Of a stretch of 64,000 nt of DNA, positions 19,595 to 31,078 are shown piece by piece; position 1 is the stretch's first letter, and the number at the start of each line of letters is the position of its first letter. The position numbers and the translations under genes were made by a program. The DNA comes from Methanothrix sp. (GTDB lineage Archaea > Halobacteriota > Methanosarcinia > Methanotrichales > Methanotrichaceae): NCBI GenBank assembly GCA_037128175.1, contig JBAXWY010000006.1, positions 28,858 to 92,857 of the forward strand, read 5' to 3'. The notes below the pieces were generated by a model. It had not been told where the DNA came from. It searched no databases and saw nothing but the letters and a program-made list of their open reading frames with translations.

Positions 19595-22408
19595 ATGAAA
19601 AACGATTGGATGCGAGCCGGAGAATTTTCCCAATACCTCTGTGAGAATGAGGTATTGGGAATCTATCAGACATCTGCAGCAGGACGCTATGTGATTGCGA
19701 ACCCAGCTCTTGCTCACATCCTGGGATATGATTCTCCGGAGGATTTGATCAATTCCATCACAGACATCGATAGGCAAGTTTTTGTCGATCCCTTCCGGTG
19801 CCTGGTGTTTCATCGCCTCCTGAAAGAAACGGGCAGCGTGAAGAACTTCGAGGCAGAACTATTTCGCAAGAACGGGGAACGGGTCTGGATTTCCATCCAG
19901 GCCGATGCGATAAATGACCAGAATAATATAGCTTTATCTTACCAGGGATTTCTGTTAGATATCACTGAACAAAAAAACGTGGAAAAGTCTCTGAAAAGGT
20001 CGGAAGAAAAATATCGAACGCTTGTGGAGAACCTCAACGATGTTATCTTTACCTTGGACAACGCTGGCCGCATCATTTACGTAAGTCCAGTAGTGGAACC
20101 GCTGCTGGGATACAAGCCAAAAGAAGTAATTGGAGAAGACTTTGCGGCATTCATTCATCCCGATGACCTGCCCGGCCTGACGGACAGTTTCTACAAAACG
20201 ATGCAAGGCAAGCTTGAGCCTTACGAATTCCGCATACTTGACAATCGCAATCAATACAGGCAGGTAAGGACTACCAGCAGGCCTGAGATTGACGAACTGG
20301 GTCGGTCATTGGGAATAACCGGGCTTTTGTCCGACATCACTAAGCAAAAGCAAAAAGATGATGCAGAGCAGGAATCGGAAAGTAAACTGAAAGCGATTAT
20401 TGAGTTTCTCCCGGATGCAACCTTTGTCATAGATCTAGAAGGAAAGGTAATCGCCTGGAACCGGGCCATGGAGGAGATGACCGGGGTCAACAAGAAGGAT
20501 ATGATCGGACAAGGAAATCATGCTTATGCCATCCCGTTCTATGGTGAAAGACGACGACAGTTGCTGGATCTATTAGATAAGAACGATAAAGAAATTGCAT
20601 GCAACTATCGATATGTGCGACGAAAAGGGAATACACTCTACGCAGAAATATTTACCCCGGCATTGTTCGGTGGCAGAGGGGCAAATGTATGGGCAACGGG
20701 AGCACCGATCTTCGATGCCAAAGGAAAGCGCCTGGGTGCCATAGAATCCATTCGCGACATCACCGAGAGCAAGAGAGCAAAAGAAGAGCTGCAGGAATCC
20801 AAGGACTACCTGGAAAAGATAATCAATTCCATAGGCGATCCCTTATTCGTCAAGAATCGGCAGCATCAATTTGTTTTGGTAAACAACGCATTTTGTGCAT
20901 TATCGGGCCGCAGTTGTGAGGAACTCCTGGGAAAGATGGACTACGACTTCTTCCCGGAAGAGCAAGTTGACGTTTTCCTGGAGAAGGACGAGCGGGTCTT
21001 TGAGACGGGAAAAGAGAACGTGAATGAGGAAACAATTACGGATTCCCAAGGAGTCGATCGCACCATAATAACCAAGAAGACGTTGTATACGGACATTTCC
21101 GGGAACAGGTTTATCGTGGGAATCATCCGGGATATAACCGAGCGCAAGTGGGCGGAAGAGGAGCTGCAAAAGACCAACCGGCAATTAAAGCAATCAATTG
21201 CCAAGGCCAATGAACTGGCCGGTCTGGCCGGAAAGGCCAACGCCGCCAAGAGCGAATTTTTGGCCAACATGAGCCATGAGATCCGCACGCCCTTGAACGG
21301 CGTCATAGGCATGACCGAATTACTCTTGGACACGGATTTGAATAGCGAGCAAGAGGAATACGCCCAAACCATCAACATGAGCGGCGAAGCGCTGCTGGCA
21401 CTCATCAACGATATTCTGGATTTCTCCAAGATTGAGGCCAATAAGCTGGTGATGGAGAAACGAGAATTCGACCTGCACTCCGTTCTTAAGTATACAACCG
21501 ATCTCCTGGCCAGGAGCACCCAGGAAAAAGGCTTGCGGCTTACCTGCCAGGTAGAGCCCGACGTACCGATGCTGCTGCGGGGCGATGCCGGAAGGCTCTG
21601 TCAGATTCTGGCCAACCTGGGAGGCAATGCCGCGAAGTTCACGAACCGGGGCAATATCCAGATCCAGGTAAGCGTGGAGAAAAGGGAAAAGAGAAATATC
21701 ACGCTTCGCTTTTCGGTCAGCGATACCGGAATCGGCATCCCGGCCAACCGATTGAAGGCCCTGTTCACACCCTTCACGCAAGCAGACGGCTCCACCACAA
21801 GAAAATACGGCGGAACGGGCCTGGGTCTTGCCATCTCCAAACAACTAGCCCAGATGATGAACGGCAAGATCGGAGCTAGAAGCGTTCCGGGAGTCGGATC
21901 TACGTTCTGGTTCACAGCCAGGTTCGAGAAGGTTCCCGACAAGCAAGCAGAGGAAGAAGTCTTGGACAGCAAGGTGCAAAAGGCGCCGGAAGCAGGCGAT
22001 GTTCTATCTCTACCCGACAAGGTGCGCATCCTGTTGGTGGAGGACAATCCCGTAAACCAGAGAGTCGCCCTGGCCATGCTGAAAAAGCTTGGCATCCGGA
22101 CGGATGTGGCGGCCAATGGCCAGGAGGCGGTCCAGGCTCTGCAGACCGTAACTTACGATCTGGTGCTGATGGACTGCCAGATGCCTGAGATGGACGGTTT
22201 CGAGGCCACCCGCGCCGTCCGGCAAAAAGAGTCGGCGGCGAGCAGTCCGAGCATCCCCATCATCGCCATGACCGCTTCCGCCATGCAGGCCGACCGGGAG
22301 AAATGCCTTCAAGCGGGGATGAGCGATTTCATTGCCAAGCCGGTCCAACAGGGAGAGCTGGCCGAGATGCTGGCCAGATGGCTGGCCATATCTATTCGAC
22401 CTTCTTGA
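19595..22408 (+). CDS. Multi-PAS hybrid histidine kinase / response regulator
   Basis: Four PAS/PAC domains, [13 protein letters not shown]-box, NAAKFT, DTGIG, GGTGLGL and receiver domain ([17 protein letters not shown]); no TM segments. Confidence 0.93.
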   Translation: MKNDWMRAGEFSQYLCENEVLGIYQTSAAGRYVIANPALAHILGYDSPEDLINSITDIDRQVFVDPFRCLVFHRLLKETGSVKNFEAELFRKNGERVWISIQADAINDQNNIALSYQGFLLDITEQKNVEKSLKRSEEKYRTLVENLNDVIFTLDNAGRIIYVSPVVEPLLGYKPKEVIGEDFAAFIHPDDLPGLTDSFYKTMQGKLEPYEFRILDNRNQYRQVRTTSRPEIDELGRSLGITGLLSDITKQKQKDDAEQESESKLKAIIEFLPDATFVIDLEGKVIAWNRAMEEMTGVNKKDMIGQGNHAYAIPFYGERRRQLLDLLDKNDKEIACNYRYVRRKGNTLYAEIFTPALFGGRGANVWATGAPIFDAKGKRLGAIESIRDITESKRAKEELQESKDYLEKIINSIGDPLFVKNRQHQFVLVNNAFCALSGRSCEELLGKMDYDFFPEEQVDVFLEKDERVFETGKENVNEETITDSQGVDRTIITKKTLYTDISGNRFIVGIIRDITERKWAEEELQKTNRQLKQSIAKANELAGLAGKANAAKSEFLANMSHEIRTPLNGVIGMTELLLDTDLNSEQEEYAQTINMSGEALLALINDILDFSKIEANKLVMEKREFDLHSVLKYTTDLLARSTQEKGLRLTCQVEPDVPMLLRGDAGRLCQILANLGGNAAKFTNRGNIQIQVSVEKREKRNITLRFSVSDTGIGIPANRLKALFTPFTQADGSTTRKYGGTGLGLAISKQLAQMMNGKIGARSVPGVGSTFWFTARFEKVPDKQAEEEVLDSKVQKAPEAGDVLSLPDKVRILLVEDNPVNQRVALAMLKKLGIRTDVAANGQEAVQALQTVTYDLVLMDCQMPEMDGFEATRAVRQKESAASSPSIPIIAMTASAMQADREKCLQAGMSDFIAKPVQQGELAEMLARWLAISIRPS

Positions 22409-22889
22409 ACATCGATCCTTTCACCCCGCAGACCGGGCACTTCTCGGGAGCTTCCTTCTCCACAGTCATGCCGCAGACCGGGCAGACGAAGTAGGGGTAG
22501 CTCTCCTTCTTGGTCTCCAGGCTTTCCAGCATATCATGATAGAGCCGGGCGTGGTATTCCTCTACCGCATTGGCATAATTGAAGCTCCTCTCGGCGTCCC
22601 TGGCACCCTCGGCCTTGGCTGCCGCGATCATCTCAGGATACATCTCCTTGAACTCGTGCGTCTCGCCAGCGATGGCCTCGCGCAGGTTCTCCTTGCTGGT
22701 CTTGATGGCTTTCAAAGCGCGCAGGTGGTTGGCAGCGTGCACGGCCTCCGCCTCGGCGGCAGCCCTAAAGAGCTTGGCAGCTTGGGGAAAGCCTTCTTTA
22801 TCGGCCTGGGCGGCAAAAGCGGTGTACTTCCTGTTCGCCTGCGACTCTCCGGAAAAAGCCTCCATCAAGAAATCCTCAGTCTTGGTCAT
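22392..22889 (-). CDS. rbr: Rubrerythrin
   Basis: GESQA..KY, E..HA, GE..E...MY, E..H diiron motifs and CPVCG...CPVCG rubredoxin-like tail. Confidence 0.93.
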   Translation of the reverse strand: MTKTEDFLMEAFSGESQANRKYTAFAAQADKEGFPQAAKLFRAAAEAEAVHAANHLRALKAIKTSKENLREAIAGETHEFKEMYPEMIAAAKAEGARDAERSFNYANAVEEYHARLYHDMLESLETKKESYPYFVCPVCGMTVEKEAPEKCPVCGVKGSMFKKVE

Positions 22890-22995
22890 TTTTAATCACA
22901 CCATGCTAACTTGGCAGACAAATAAGTTAAGACTTTTGTCCCCCGGCCAGATCTGTCATCTATAAATTCTCAGAGGTGGAAAGACTGCCTTGCAA

Positions 22996-23979
22996 ATGAG
23001 CGAGAGAATCATAGAGGTCAAGGATCTCGAATACAAATACGGCGACTTCAAAGCCGTTGACGGCGTCTGCTTCTTCGTGCGAGAGGGCGAGATCTTCTCC
23101 TTCCTGGGGCCCAACGGGGCAGGAAAGAGCACGGTCATCAATATTCTCACCACGCTTCTGCCCGTGCAAAAGGGCAGCGTCACCATTGCCGGATACGACC
23201 TGGCCAAAGAGCCGCAAGAGGTGCGCCGCTCCATCGGCATCGTCTTTCAGGATGAGACACTGGACCGCGACCTCACCGTCTGGGAGACCCTGGAGCTGCA
23301 CGGCCGCATCTATTCCATGCCCAAATCGGAACGAAAAGAGAGAATTGACGAGATCATAAAGCTGGTGGAGCTGGAGGAGAAGAGGAATGTGCGCACTCGC
23401 TTTCTCTCCGGCGGCATGAAGCGGCGGCTGGAAATAGGCCGTGGGCTGATGACCCGCCCCAAGGTGCTCTTCCTGGATGAGCCCACCATCGGCCTGGACA
23501 CGCAAACTCGGCGCCGTCTGTGGGACTACATCAAAAAGGTCAACGATTCCGGGACTACCATCTTTCTTACCACCCACTACATGGATGAGGCAGACCAGGT
23601 CAGCAACTGGATAGATATCCTGGACCACGGCAAGATCATCGCTTCCGGCGATCCGACCAAGCTCAAAGATGCCCTGGGAAATGATATGATCTACCTGGAC
23701 ACCAGCGACAACGTCGCGACGGAAGAAATGCTGCGGGGCATGAAGGCCGTTTCGAACGTCAAGGCTGCAGCCGCAGGCCTGGCCGTCACCATAAACGCAG
23801 ACGGCACGCACTGCCTTCCCATCATCATGAACAGGCTGCGGGAAAGGGGCATCGATATCGTCAGCGTCAACCTGAAAAAGCCCACATTGGATGACGTCTT
23901 CGTGCACTACACGGGAAGGGACATCAGAGAGGCAGGGGCGGGCAAGCTGCCCCGCATTCAGCCCAAAGGAGGCCGGTGA
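22996..23979 (+). CDS. ABC-2 (DrrA-like) exporter ATP-binding subunit
   Basis: GPNGAGKS, LSGGMKRR, FLDEPT and TTHYMDEA. Confidence 0.92.
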   Translation: MSERIIEVKDLEYKYGDFKAVDGVCFFVREGEIFSFLGPNGAGKSTVINILTTLLPVQKGSVTIAGYDLAKEPQEVRRSIGIVFQDETLDRDLTVWETLELHGRIYSMPKSERKERIDEIIKLVELEEKRNVRTRFLSGGMKRRLEIGRGLMTRPKVLFLDEPTIGLDTQTRRRLWDYIKKVNDSGTTIFLTTHYMDEADQVSNWIDILDHGKIIASGDPTKLKDALGNDMIYLDTSDNVATEEMLRGMKAVSNVKAAAAGLAVTINADGTHCLPIIMNRLRERGIDIVSVNLKKPTLDDVFVHYTGRDIREAGAGKLPRIQPKGGR

Positions 23980-24818
23980 AAATGAGCTGGGAATTTTTGA
24001 CAATCTACTGGCGCGATATGCTCCGCTTCGTTCGCTTTAGAATTGCTCTGGTCGTCTCTCTCATCCAACCGGCCCTGTGGATGGCGCTTTATGGGGCAGC
24101 CATGTCCAGCAACTTCTCGCGGCTTAGCTCAGGCATGACCGTGCCCGAGGGCGCAGTCGCTGTCTCCTACCTGACCTTCATGGGGGCAGGAGTGATTGCT
24201 TTGACCACCCTATTTACCAGCCTCTTTGGCGGCATCACTCTGCTGTTCGACAAGAACTGGGGGCTGATGAGAGAGCTGTTGGCCAGCCCCATGCCCCGAA
24301 ACCACATCATCCTGGGCGTCGGCCTCTCCGGAGTTACCAAGTCCTTCATCCAGGTGATGGTCATCATGGGCTTTGGCCTTCTCATCGGGGTGCACTTCTT
24401 TCCCGGCTACACCTTGCTGGAGACGGCAGGTGCCATTTTGGGAGTGCTGCTCTTTGTGGGCGTCTTTTCCTTAGGATTTCTATTCCTCTCCTCGGCCATA
24501 TCCATGAGCATGGACACTCCAGAGGGGCTACAGGCCGTCATCACCCTTCTCACCCTGCCCCTGTTCTTCGCCAGCAATGCCCTCTACCCCATCGATGCCT
24601 TCCCGGGTGTGATGAGAACGCTCGCCCAGTTCAATCCGCTTACCCATCTGGTGAACGGGGTGCGCTACTTTGCCGTAGGAAAGGACTTTTACGCCATCGG
24701 CATTCATTACGTTTACAACAGCTCCGACATCATGCTCTCCTTTTTGGCGCTGACGGGCTTTGCCGCGGTTATGTTCCTGGTGGCCTGGCGGGTTTTCAAG
24801 AATGCAGTGGTAACTTGA
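23976..24818 (+). CDS. ABC-2 exporter permease
   Basis: Six TM segments, NPLTHLV motif; overlaps ATPase stop. Confidence 0.9.
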   Translation: MKMSWEFLTIYWRDMLRFVRFRIALVVSLIQPALWMALYGAAMSSNFSRLSSGMTVPEGAVAVSYLTFMGAGVIALTTLFTSLFGGITLLFDKNWGLMRELLASPMPRNHIILGVGLSGVTKSFIQVMVIMGFGLLIGVHFFPGYTLLETAGAILGVLLFVGVFSLGFLFLSSAISMSMDTPEGLQAVITLLTLPLFFASNALYPIDAFPGVMRTLAQFNPLTHLVNGVRYFAVGKDFYAIGIHYVYNSSDIMLSFLALTGFAAVMFLVAWRVFKNAVVT

Positions 24819-24864
24819 ATCGAAATTTCAATGACTATCATGATAAGTTAATGGAGGAAAAGAT

Positions 24865-25527
24865 ATGAAGGTCTTAGGAATTTGCGCCAGCCCGCGGGGC
24901 TCCAAGAGCACGACACTGCGGCTGGTTCAGGCCGTCCTGGACGGGGCGAAAGCCTCCGGTGCTGAGGTGGAAATGGTGGACGTCTGTGAGCTGGACATCA
25001 AGTTCTGCAACGCCTGCACCGTCTGCTTCAAGGAAGGGAAATGCGTGCACAAAGACGACTTCCAGGGTCTTTACGACAAAATCCTGGCTGCGGACGGCCT
25101 GGTCTGGGGCTCGCCCAACTACTTCGACACAGTCACCGCCCAGATGAAGACGCTCATCGACCGCATGGCGGACGCCATTCACTGCCAGCTTCTGCGGGGC
25201 AAGTACTGCGTCAGCGTGGCCAGCGGTGGCAACAACTACGATCAGGTCACCACCTACCTGGACGGCCTGATGATCCACTTCGGGGCCTTTGTCACAGGAA
25301 ACGTGGGAGCAACCATGTCCCAGGGCCCGGCGGCTCTAGAGGGGGCGGAGAAGAAGGCCGCCGTGCTCGGCAAATCTCTTGCCGAGGATATCAGGACCAA
25401 GCGCGACTATATCGAGCAAAGGGAGATGCAAGAGGAGATTCGGGAGTACTTCAAGAAACTCGTGAAGATGAACAAAGAGAACTGGGAGCACGAGTACGAG
25501 TTCTGGAATAAACTAAACTGGAACTGA
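24865..25527 (+). CDS. Iron-sulfur flavoprotein / NADPH-dependent FMN reductase family
   Basis: SPRG..S.T, CxxCxxCxxxxxC (CNACTVCFKEGKC), GSPNYF and QMKTLIDR. Confidence 0.88.
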   Translation: MKVLGICASPRGSKSTTLRLVQAVLDGAKASGAEVEMVDVCELDIKFCNACTVCFKEGKCVHKDDFQGLYDKILAADGLVWGSPNYFDTVTAQMKTLIDRMADAIHCQLLRGKYCVSVASGGNNYDQVTTYLDGLMIHFGAFVTGNVGATMSQGPAALEGAEKKAAVLGKSLAEDIRTKRDYIEQREMQEEIREYFKKLVKMNKENWEHEYEFWNKLNWN

Positions 25528-25620
25528 GAGGAGATTGGCTGATTTCGGCTTAAATAACAAAGATATCGCCTCGTTTGGGGGCGAGATCTTCGTTATTTAA
25601 TTACGAATATTATTCATTGT

Positions 25621-26316
25621 TCAAGATTTTCTTCCCACAGGCAGAACTCCGATGGGCTCTTCGCCGGGAGAGAGGGCCAGGTACTCTTTGGTTTTATTCT
25701 CATCAAATCCCGCGGTGTAGGTGGATCCCAGGCCCAGGGACACAACTTGAAGAAGCAGATTTTCAGCAGCAGTCCCTGCCTCAATGTACACGAACCGGCT
25801 CAAATCCTGACCGGAGATTTTGTTTGTGCGTTCGAATACACCTGTGATTATGAAGACTGCCGGTGAGCCCGTTCTCCAGTCTTCCCGGCCACCTCGGCCG
25901 GAGTTAAAAAGCTCAGGGATCTTGTTGCCCTTGGATATAAGCGTCAGATTGTGACCCAGAGGGGAGTAGTGATAGACGCCGGCAGGCAAGCCTGTGACAT
26001 TTCCTGCCAGAAGATAGACCTCCAGGGGATATGTTGCCATTGCCGAAGGCGATGTGCGATGGCCTTTGTCATCCGTCACGCCCTGGGCGGCCCAGGAGAG
26101 CTGAGAGATTTCATCCAGAGTCAAAGACTCGTTCCTGAAGCTTCTTATGGACCGCCTCTCTAAAAGGGCTTTTTCTACGCTCATGCCGCCATCGGTGCGG
26201 GGTTGCGGCAGCGTTACCACATCAGATGCCCCTTGATTTGAACTTACGGACACCGCCATTATGGCCGTTAGAAGGACAATCAGGCCAACCACAAATACAA
26301 TCATTGTTTGTCTCAT
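25621..26316 (-). CDS. SagB/ThcOx-family nitroreductase-like dehydrogenase with N-terminal signal/anchor
   Basis: RRSIRSF, LSWAAQG, RTSPSA..YPLE and EAG..AENLLL; hydrophobic N-terminus. Confidence 0.85.
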   Translation of the reverse strand: MRQTMIVFVVGLIVLLTAIMAVSVSSNQGASDVVTLPQPRTDGGMSVEKALLERRSIRSFRNESLTLDEISQLSWAAQGVTDDKGHRTSPSAMATYPLEVYLLAGNVTGLPAGVYHYSPLGHNLTLISKGNKIPELFNSGRGGREDWRTGSPAVFIITGVFERTNKISGQDLSRFVYIEAGTAAENLLLQVVSLGLGSTYTAGFDENKTKEYLALSPGEEPIGVLPVGRKS

Positions 26317-26372
26317 TTTTCTCACCAGATCCACATAACTCTTTAATAGTTTCCAGCCCTACAATAATGTTT

Positions 26373-26987
26373 ATGCTAACACTGGAAGAGGGCAAGATGG
26401 CCGTCCATCTGGCCAGGCAGGCCCTGACCAACTACATCGAGAAGAAAAGAATTATCGAGACGGAAAATCTCTCGCCCGTCTTCGAGGAGAAGCGAGGCGT
26501 CTTTGTAACCCTGCACGAGGACGGCGACCTGCGTGGCTGCATCGGCTATCCTCAGCCCGTCATGCCGCTTGGCAAAGCGATCGTGGACTCGGCCATCAAT
26601 GCAGGTTCCCGCGACCCGCGCTTTCCCGGCGTGCGTCCGGGGGAGCTCGGGAGAATTGAGGTGGAGGTGACCATCCTCACCAGGCCCAAAATCTACACCG
26701 CACCCAAAGAGAAGCTGCCCGAGCTGGTGCTGGTGGGCAGGGACGGTCTGATCGTAACCAATGGTCCTTATTCCGGCCTGCTCCTGCCCCAGGTGGCTTT
26801 GGAGTGGGGCTTCGACTCACGAGAGTTCCTCTCCCAGACCTGCGTCAAGGCCGGGCTAGCAACGGATGCCTGGCTGGATGAGGATACACAGGTTCAGCAC
26901 TTCGAGGCGCAGATCTTCGCAGAGGTGGCGCCGGATAGAGAGGTCTTCGAGAAGAGCTTCCCGGAGAGCGGATGCGGGACGGTGTAG
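26373..26987 (+). CDS. AMMECR1-domain protein (TIGR00296 family)
   Basis: RGVFVTL, LRGCIG, DPRF, GLLLPQV and CVKAG. Confidence 0.92.
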   Translation: MLTLEEGKMAVHLARQALTNYIEKKRIIETENLSPVFEEKRGVFVTLHEDGDLRGCIGYPQPVMPLGKAIVDSAINAGSRDPRFPGVRPGELGRIEVEVTILTRPKIYTAPKEKLPELVLVGRDGLIVTNGPYSGLLLPQVALEWGFDSREFLSQTCVKAGLATDAWLDEDTQVQHFEAQIFAEVAPDREVFEKSFPESGCGTV

Positions 26988-27083
26988 GGGGATAGCTTAT
27001 AGGATCGAAGATCACGCGCAGCGAGCTAGCTCAAGATGAGATCTCTCAGGATCTGGAGCCGGATTTTGACCTGGTGCGTCGCA

Positions 27084-27506
27084 TTACTGCCAAGCTGAAG
27101 AAAGAGGGCCGTCTGTAGGGCAATCTCTTCCGCTCACTGCTTTAAAATATCCAATAGTCCTTGCTGAAATACCTGAAAACTTCGGGAACGATTGCGAGAG
27201 GGCACCATGTTTGCCGTTTTGGGCTGCGCTCCTGGCCACCAGGCCGGCATCTCTTGCCGCCCGGTCCAGCTTTTCTTTCAGGGATTGGCAGTCTTCTCGA
27301 TCTTCATCGACCAGCACCACTATTCTCCAGTCTGGCGGCAAGAAATTCCCATAGCCTTTGAGCCGCTGGGGCAATTTGCTCAGCAGATCGGTTTTGCTCC
27401 GGTAGGCGTAAATGCCAAAGGTAATGCCGCTACCGCAGATCTTAGGAACCAGGTTTTGCAGTGCAGCCTCGGCAGAAGGCTCTTCCACAAGGAACTCGAT
27501 ATGCAT
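27084..27506 (-). pseudogene. DUF4276-family (TOPRIM-like) protein, internally deleted
   Basis: EFLVEEPSAE, LP.RLKGY and VLVDEDREDC are present. The expected EEL/EAWF segment is missing after AQNGK, and the C-terminus is short and degenerate. Confidence 0.65.
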
Positions 27507-27513
27507 CTCGAAT

Positions 27514-28776
27514 TTACCTCAGAGGGCTTTCTTTGGGCTTATGACTTACAGCGATCTTCGGACCACCGGATGCAGTCAAAGGATCGCCCACCTCGAAGTG
27601 GCCCTCCATCCAGAGCTGCCCCAGGCTCGCCCCTTCTTTTAAAAATTCAGGTATGCCCTTCATATCCGACGCTTTTTTTGCCTGGGTGTAGCCGTGCTCA
27701 TCCCTGTAGAGCACCCAGAGTTCTTCCGGCTTGAGGCCGTCAACGAAGAACGGAGAGTGGCTGGTGACCATCAACTGCGTTCTCTCCGTTGCCATGCGGC
27801 ACTCTTCCGCCAGCTCAGGCAGAAGGCGTGGATGAAGGTGATTTTCCGGCTCCTCTATGCCTATCAGCTCCGGTGGGCTGGGGGTCGTAAAGCAACGTCA
27901 GGTAGGCCAGCATCTTCAGGGTGCCGTCGGAGGCAAACTTGGCCAGGATGGGCTGCTCGAAGGGAGCGTCCTTGATCTGCAAAAGGAGACGGCCGTCGGG
28001 CATGAAATGAGACTCCACTTTTTCAAGCCTTGGCACACGTTCGGATAGTGCTTTTAAGACCTTCTCTAGTCGGTCTTCATGTTGTTCTTTGAGGTACTGA
28101 ATCACATTAGGAAGGTTGTCCCCCGTCTCGGAAAGCCTCTCCTGGGGTCCGGCTTCAGGGGAATGCCACGGCTGGAGTCTGCGGTCAGATAAGAGAGATA
28201 CCATCCGGCAATGAAGCGACGCAGTGCGCTGATCCGAGGATGCTTTGCCAACTGACCAAGTGTATTAACCGCAAGCACATCGGGAGATGTCAATATTTCG
28301 TGAATCCGCATCTCTTTTTCATCAGGCTGGTCCCCTGTGACCACGAGACCCGCGCCGTTCTTGAAATCGAGGAACCGGAAAGACTTGCCTTGTGATGCCC
28401 TGCGCCACTGTAGCCACTCCTCGGCGACAAATGGACCGGTCGGGCCTTCATTGATGGATAGATGATAGGTAATGAGAAGCGAATCCTTGCTCTCACGATA
28501 CTTCAACTCAATCACAATAGGCCCTTTCGAGCCTCGGGTGCGCAGCTCCTTAAATCTACTGCGTCTGTCCCAGGCTTTACGCAGACCTACGGAGAAACAT
28601 TCGGAGAGAAAGGCGAAGACATCGAATATGGTTGATTTGCCGCTGCCGTTTGGTCCTAGGAAAACTGTGAATGGGGTGATGCCTTTGAGTTCGAGATCGT
28701 GCAAAGCTCTATAATTCTTTACACGCAAGTATTCAATTCGCGGGACCGACTGTCTGCTGCTCTCTGGATTAATCAT
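27514..28776 (-). pseudogene. AAA_21/AbiEii-type ATPase broken by two frameshifts
   Basis: Three consecutive frames join into one protein: GPNGSGKS, L...[20 protein letters not shown] and TSHSPF. Shifts lie in C-runs (minus strand) near 28160 and 27882. Confidence 0.85.
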
Positions 28777-29272
28777 GACTTCTCACATAATGATTTTGCA
28801 CTTATTTAATGGTAACCCGCTCATAATGATATTCTCGGCCAAAGACAAAAGAGTCGTCCGCTTCGCCCGGCATCTGTATTTTGACATACGCCTTTTTGAA
28901 TCCCATGCAAATGGCGCCGTTCCTCAACATCCCTCGGGCCCGGTGCCCTTCCCGGCCAAAACTCTTCATTCCACCCGGCTTTGACGGCGTCATCCGGCGG
29001 AATGCTGCGATATCGGCGGTCGATGTTCTCTCACAGAGCGCGGGTGGCGTATCTGAGCAAATATGCTTAAACGATTAGCTAATGGTTATTATATTCAGTT
29101 AATTTGCCAATTTTTTCTAATTTATAACTTTTTTTGCCGAATATTTTTCAGGATTTGCAAAAGCGTTTGCAGCAAAGTCCTCGCGCTCTTCCACCCTTTT
29201 TTGGGGTACTTTTGGATTAAATTAATATACCGAATCAGAGAGGCTTATTCATATCCACGAAGGAGGAAAAAT

Positions 29273-29539
29273 ATGGCTGAGATGAGAAATTTCGCCCTGC
29301 GCGATGCTGAGGGAAATGAGATTGGAGTTTTTACAGGAAAATCACCCAGACAGGCCGCCCTGAAGGCAGCCAACCGGGGCTTCACCGATATCAAGCTGCG
29401 CGAACGCGGTACCAAGAAGGTGCATGTGTTTACAGGAGAGAGAGTGCAGGTGGACAAGCCTGCGGGTGCACCGGCCTGGATGCCTGACAAGATCTGGAAG
29501 CCAAAGGTAAAGAAGGTCGGCATCGAGAAGCTGGAATAG
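29273..29539 (+). CDS. Non-histone chromosomal protein MC1
   Basis: RNFALRD..GNEIGVFTGKSPRQAALKAA, LRERGTKKVH and PAWMP..IWKP; AGGAGG RBS. Confidence 0.95.
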   Translation: MAEMRNFALRDAEGNEIGVFTGKSPRQAALKAANRGFTDIKLRERGTKKVHVFTGERVQVDKPAGAPAWMPDKIWKPKVKKVGIEKLE

Positions 29540-29633
29540 GCGAAAGCCCTGTATCTGAAATCCAGAAAAGAAATGGGATGATGAGGCCAAGGTCGGCCTC
29601 ACACCCGCATCCTTGCCTCGTAGCGGGAAATTC

Positions 29634-30839
29634 TCACATCCGGGCTTTTTTCGCGTCCGTACCAGGCTTTAAGCCACATATTGTTTCGAAATACCTCCAG
29701 CTGCCCCAGGTAGGAGCATTAGGATCAGGATCAAATTCTGAGGCATCGTTGTTGGCCTGTACGCGCCAGTAGTAAACAGGGTCATCATCCGGCAGGATCC
29801 CCAATGAACCTGAGCATCTGAATCCTTTTGTCACCTTATCTGCCCTAAAATCCCCTTCTGCCACAATAATGTCCTCTTCGTCCTGGTAGTTGATCACCTG
29901 CAAATGGTATTCTGTGGCAAGAGGTGATGCAGTCCAGGTGAAGGTTGGCGTGCCGGTGGAGATGAGCCCCTTGGGGGATAAGGGAGTCGATTTTCCCGGA
30001 GGCGTGTCCACATATCTGAAGCTCTTGTAATAGCTCCAGGGCCCTTCGCCCTTGCAATTAATGGCCTTAATCCACCACTTGTAGTAGATTCCAGGATCGA
30101 GATACAGTTCGGGGGGCGCAAAGAAGCAGACCTTATCTGTATCGGAGTACACATCTTCGACATTAAGATCTTCATCAAAGATGATCTCATTTGGATAGCT
30201 TGCTTCGGCTACCTTGAGGCGGTACTCAGTGCATCCGGTCACAGGCAGCCAAACAAAGGTCGGACTCATGCTGCCAATGTTATCTTTGGGCGAGACAAGC
30301 ATCGCCCTGCCTGGGAAAGAGGAAGATGTGCAGACGGTAAATTCCATTAAATCGCTCAACTGATCGTCGCTGCCGCAGTCCCTACACAGGATGCTCCAGG
30401 TATAGGTTCCTGGACCCAGGCTTTCGGGAGGAGTCACTAAGATTATACCATCATTATCCGGAGGGAATTCCGAGGCCTCATACCAGTGCTTGATCACGGT
30501 AGCATCCTGACCGTCCCTTACCTCCAGGCAGTAGTACTGGCAACCACCCACGGCGTACCATGAATAGGTGAGCTTGCCGGTCTTCACGGTTTCAGAAGGC
30601 GATATAAGTTCGGGAGCTTCAAGCACCTGTCGAACCGATGCATTTGCTAAAACCGTTTCCCGGGCCGCATCATCTAAGCCCGGCGAACTGGAAGCGTTGG
30701 CACTGCAGTTCGTGCAGTTCTCCGGTCCGCTCATTTTCAATGGTGTCTGAGCGACACATGATGCCGCCAATAGCAGCATTAGCATCCCAGCCATTGCCGC
30801 AATTGCCAGCTTCTTTTGAAGTGATTCTCGTTTAATCAT
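29634..30839 (-). CDS. Secreted protein with three Ig/FN3-like repeats
   Basis: Signal peptide; three units L(I/V)SP...T(F/Y).W..V.G...Y.L.V...Y.W.I/V. Confidence 0.65.
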   Translation of the reverse strand: MIKRESLQKKLAIAAMAGMLMLLLAASCVAQTPLKMSGPENCTNCSANASSSPGLDDAARETVLANASVRQVLEAPELISPSETVKTGKLTYSWYAVGGCQYYCLEVRDGQDATVIKHWYEASEFPPDNDGIILVTPPESLGPGTYTWSILCRDCGSDDQLSDLMEFTVCTSSSFPGRAMLVSPKDNIGSMSPTFVWLPVTGCTEYRLKVAEASYPNEIIFDEDLNVEDVYSDTDKVCFFAPPELYLDPGIYYKWWIKAINCKGEGPWSYYKSFRYVDTPPGKSTPLSPKGLISTGTPTFTWTASPLATEYHLQVINYQDEEDIIVAEGDFRADKVTKGFRCSGSLGILPDDDPVYYWRVQANNDASEFDPDPNAPTWGSWRYFETICGLKPGTDAKKARM

Positions 30840-31078
30840 GAGACCATCTCTTTTATTGTGAAGTAATTTGTAGACAAGTTATATATATTTTTTTCTTAAA
30901 GAATTGAATTTCATTGAAATGAAGACACTAAAAGACGAGCCTAGCCACTAAGAAATAATATCAGTAAAACAATTTTATTTTTACTAGCAGAGTCGCAAAA
31001 ATCGCTAGAAAATATCAGGAATAGCTGATAAGAAATCAAAAAAAAGAAGGCTGCTAAAAAAAAGGGCAGCCTGTGTCT

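Noticed and set aside
28790-29270. Possible gene remnant upstream of the AAA ATPase, and the N-terminal extension of MC1
   Set aside because: No identifiable family; MC1 has a clear RBS and start at 29273.
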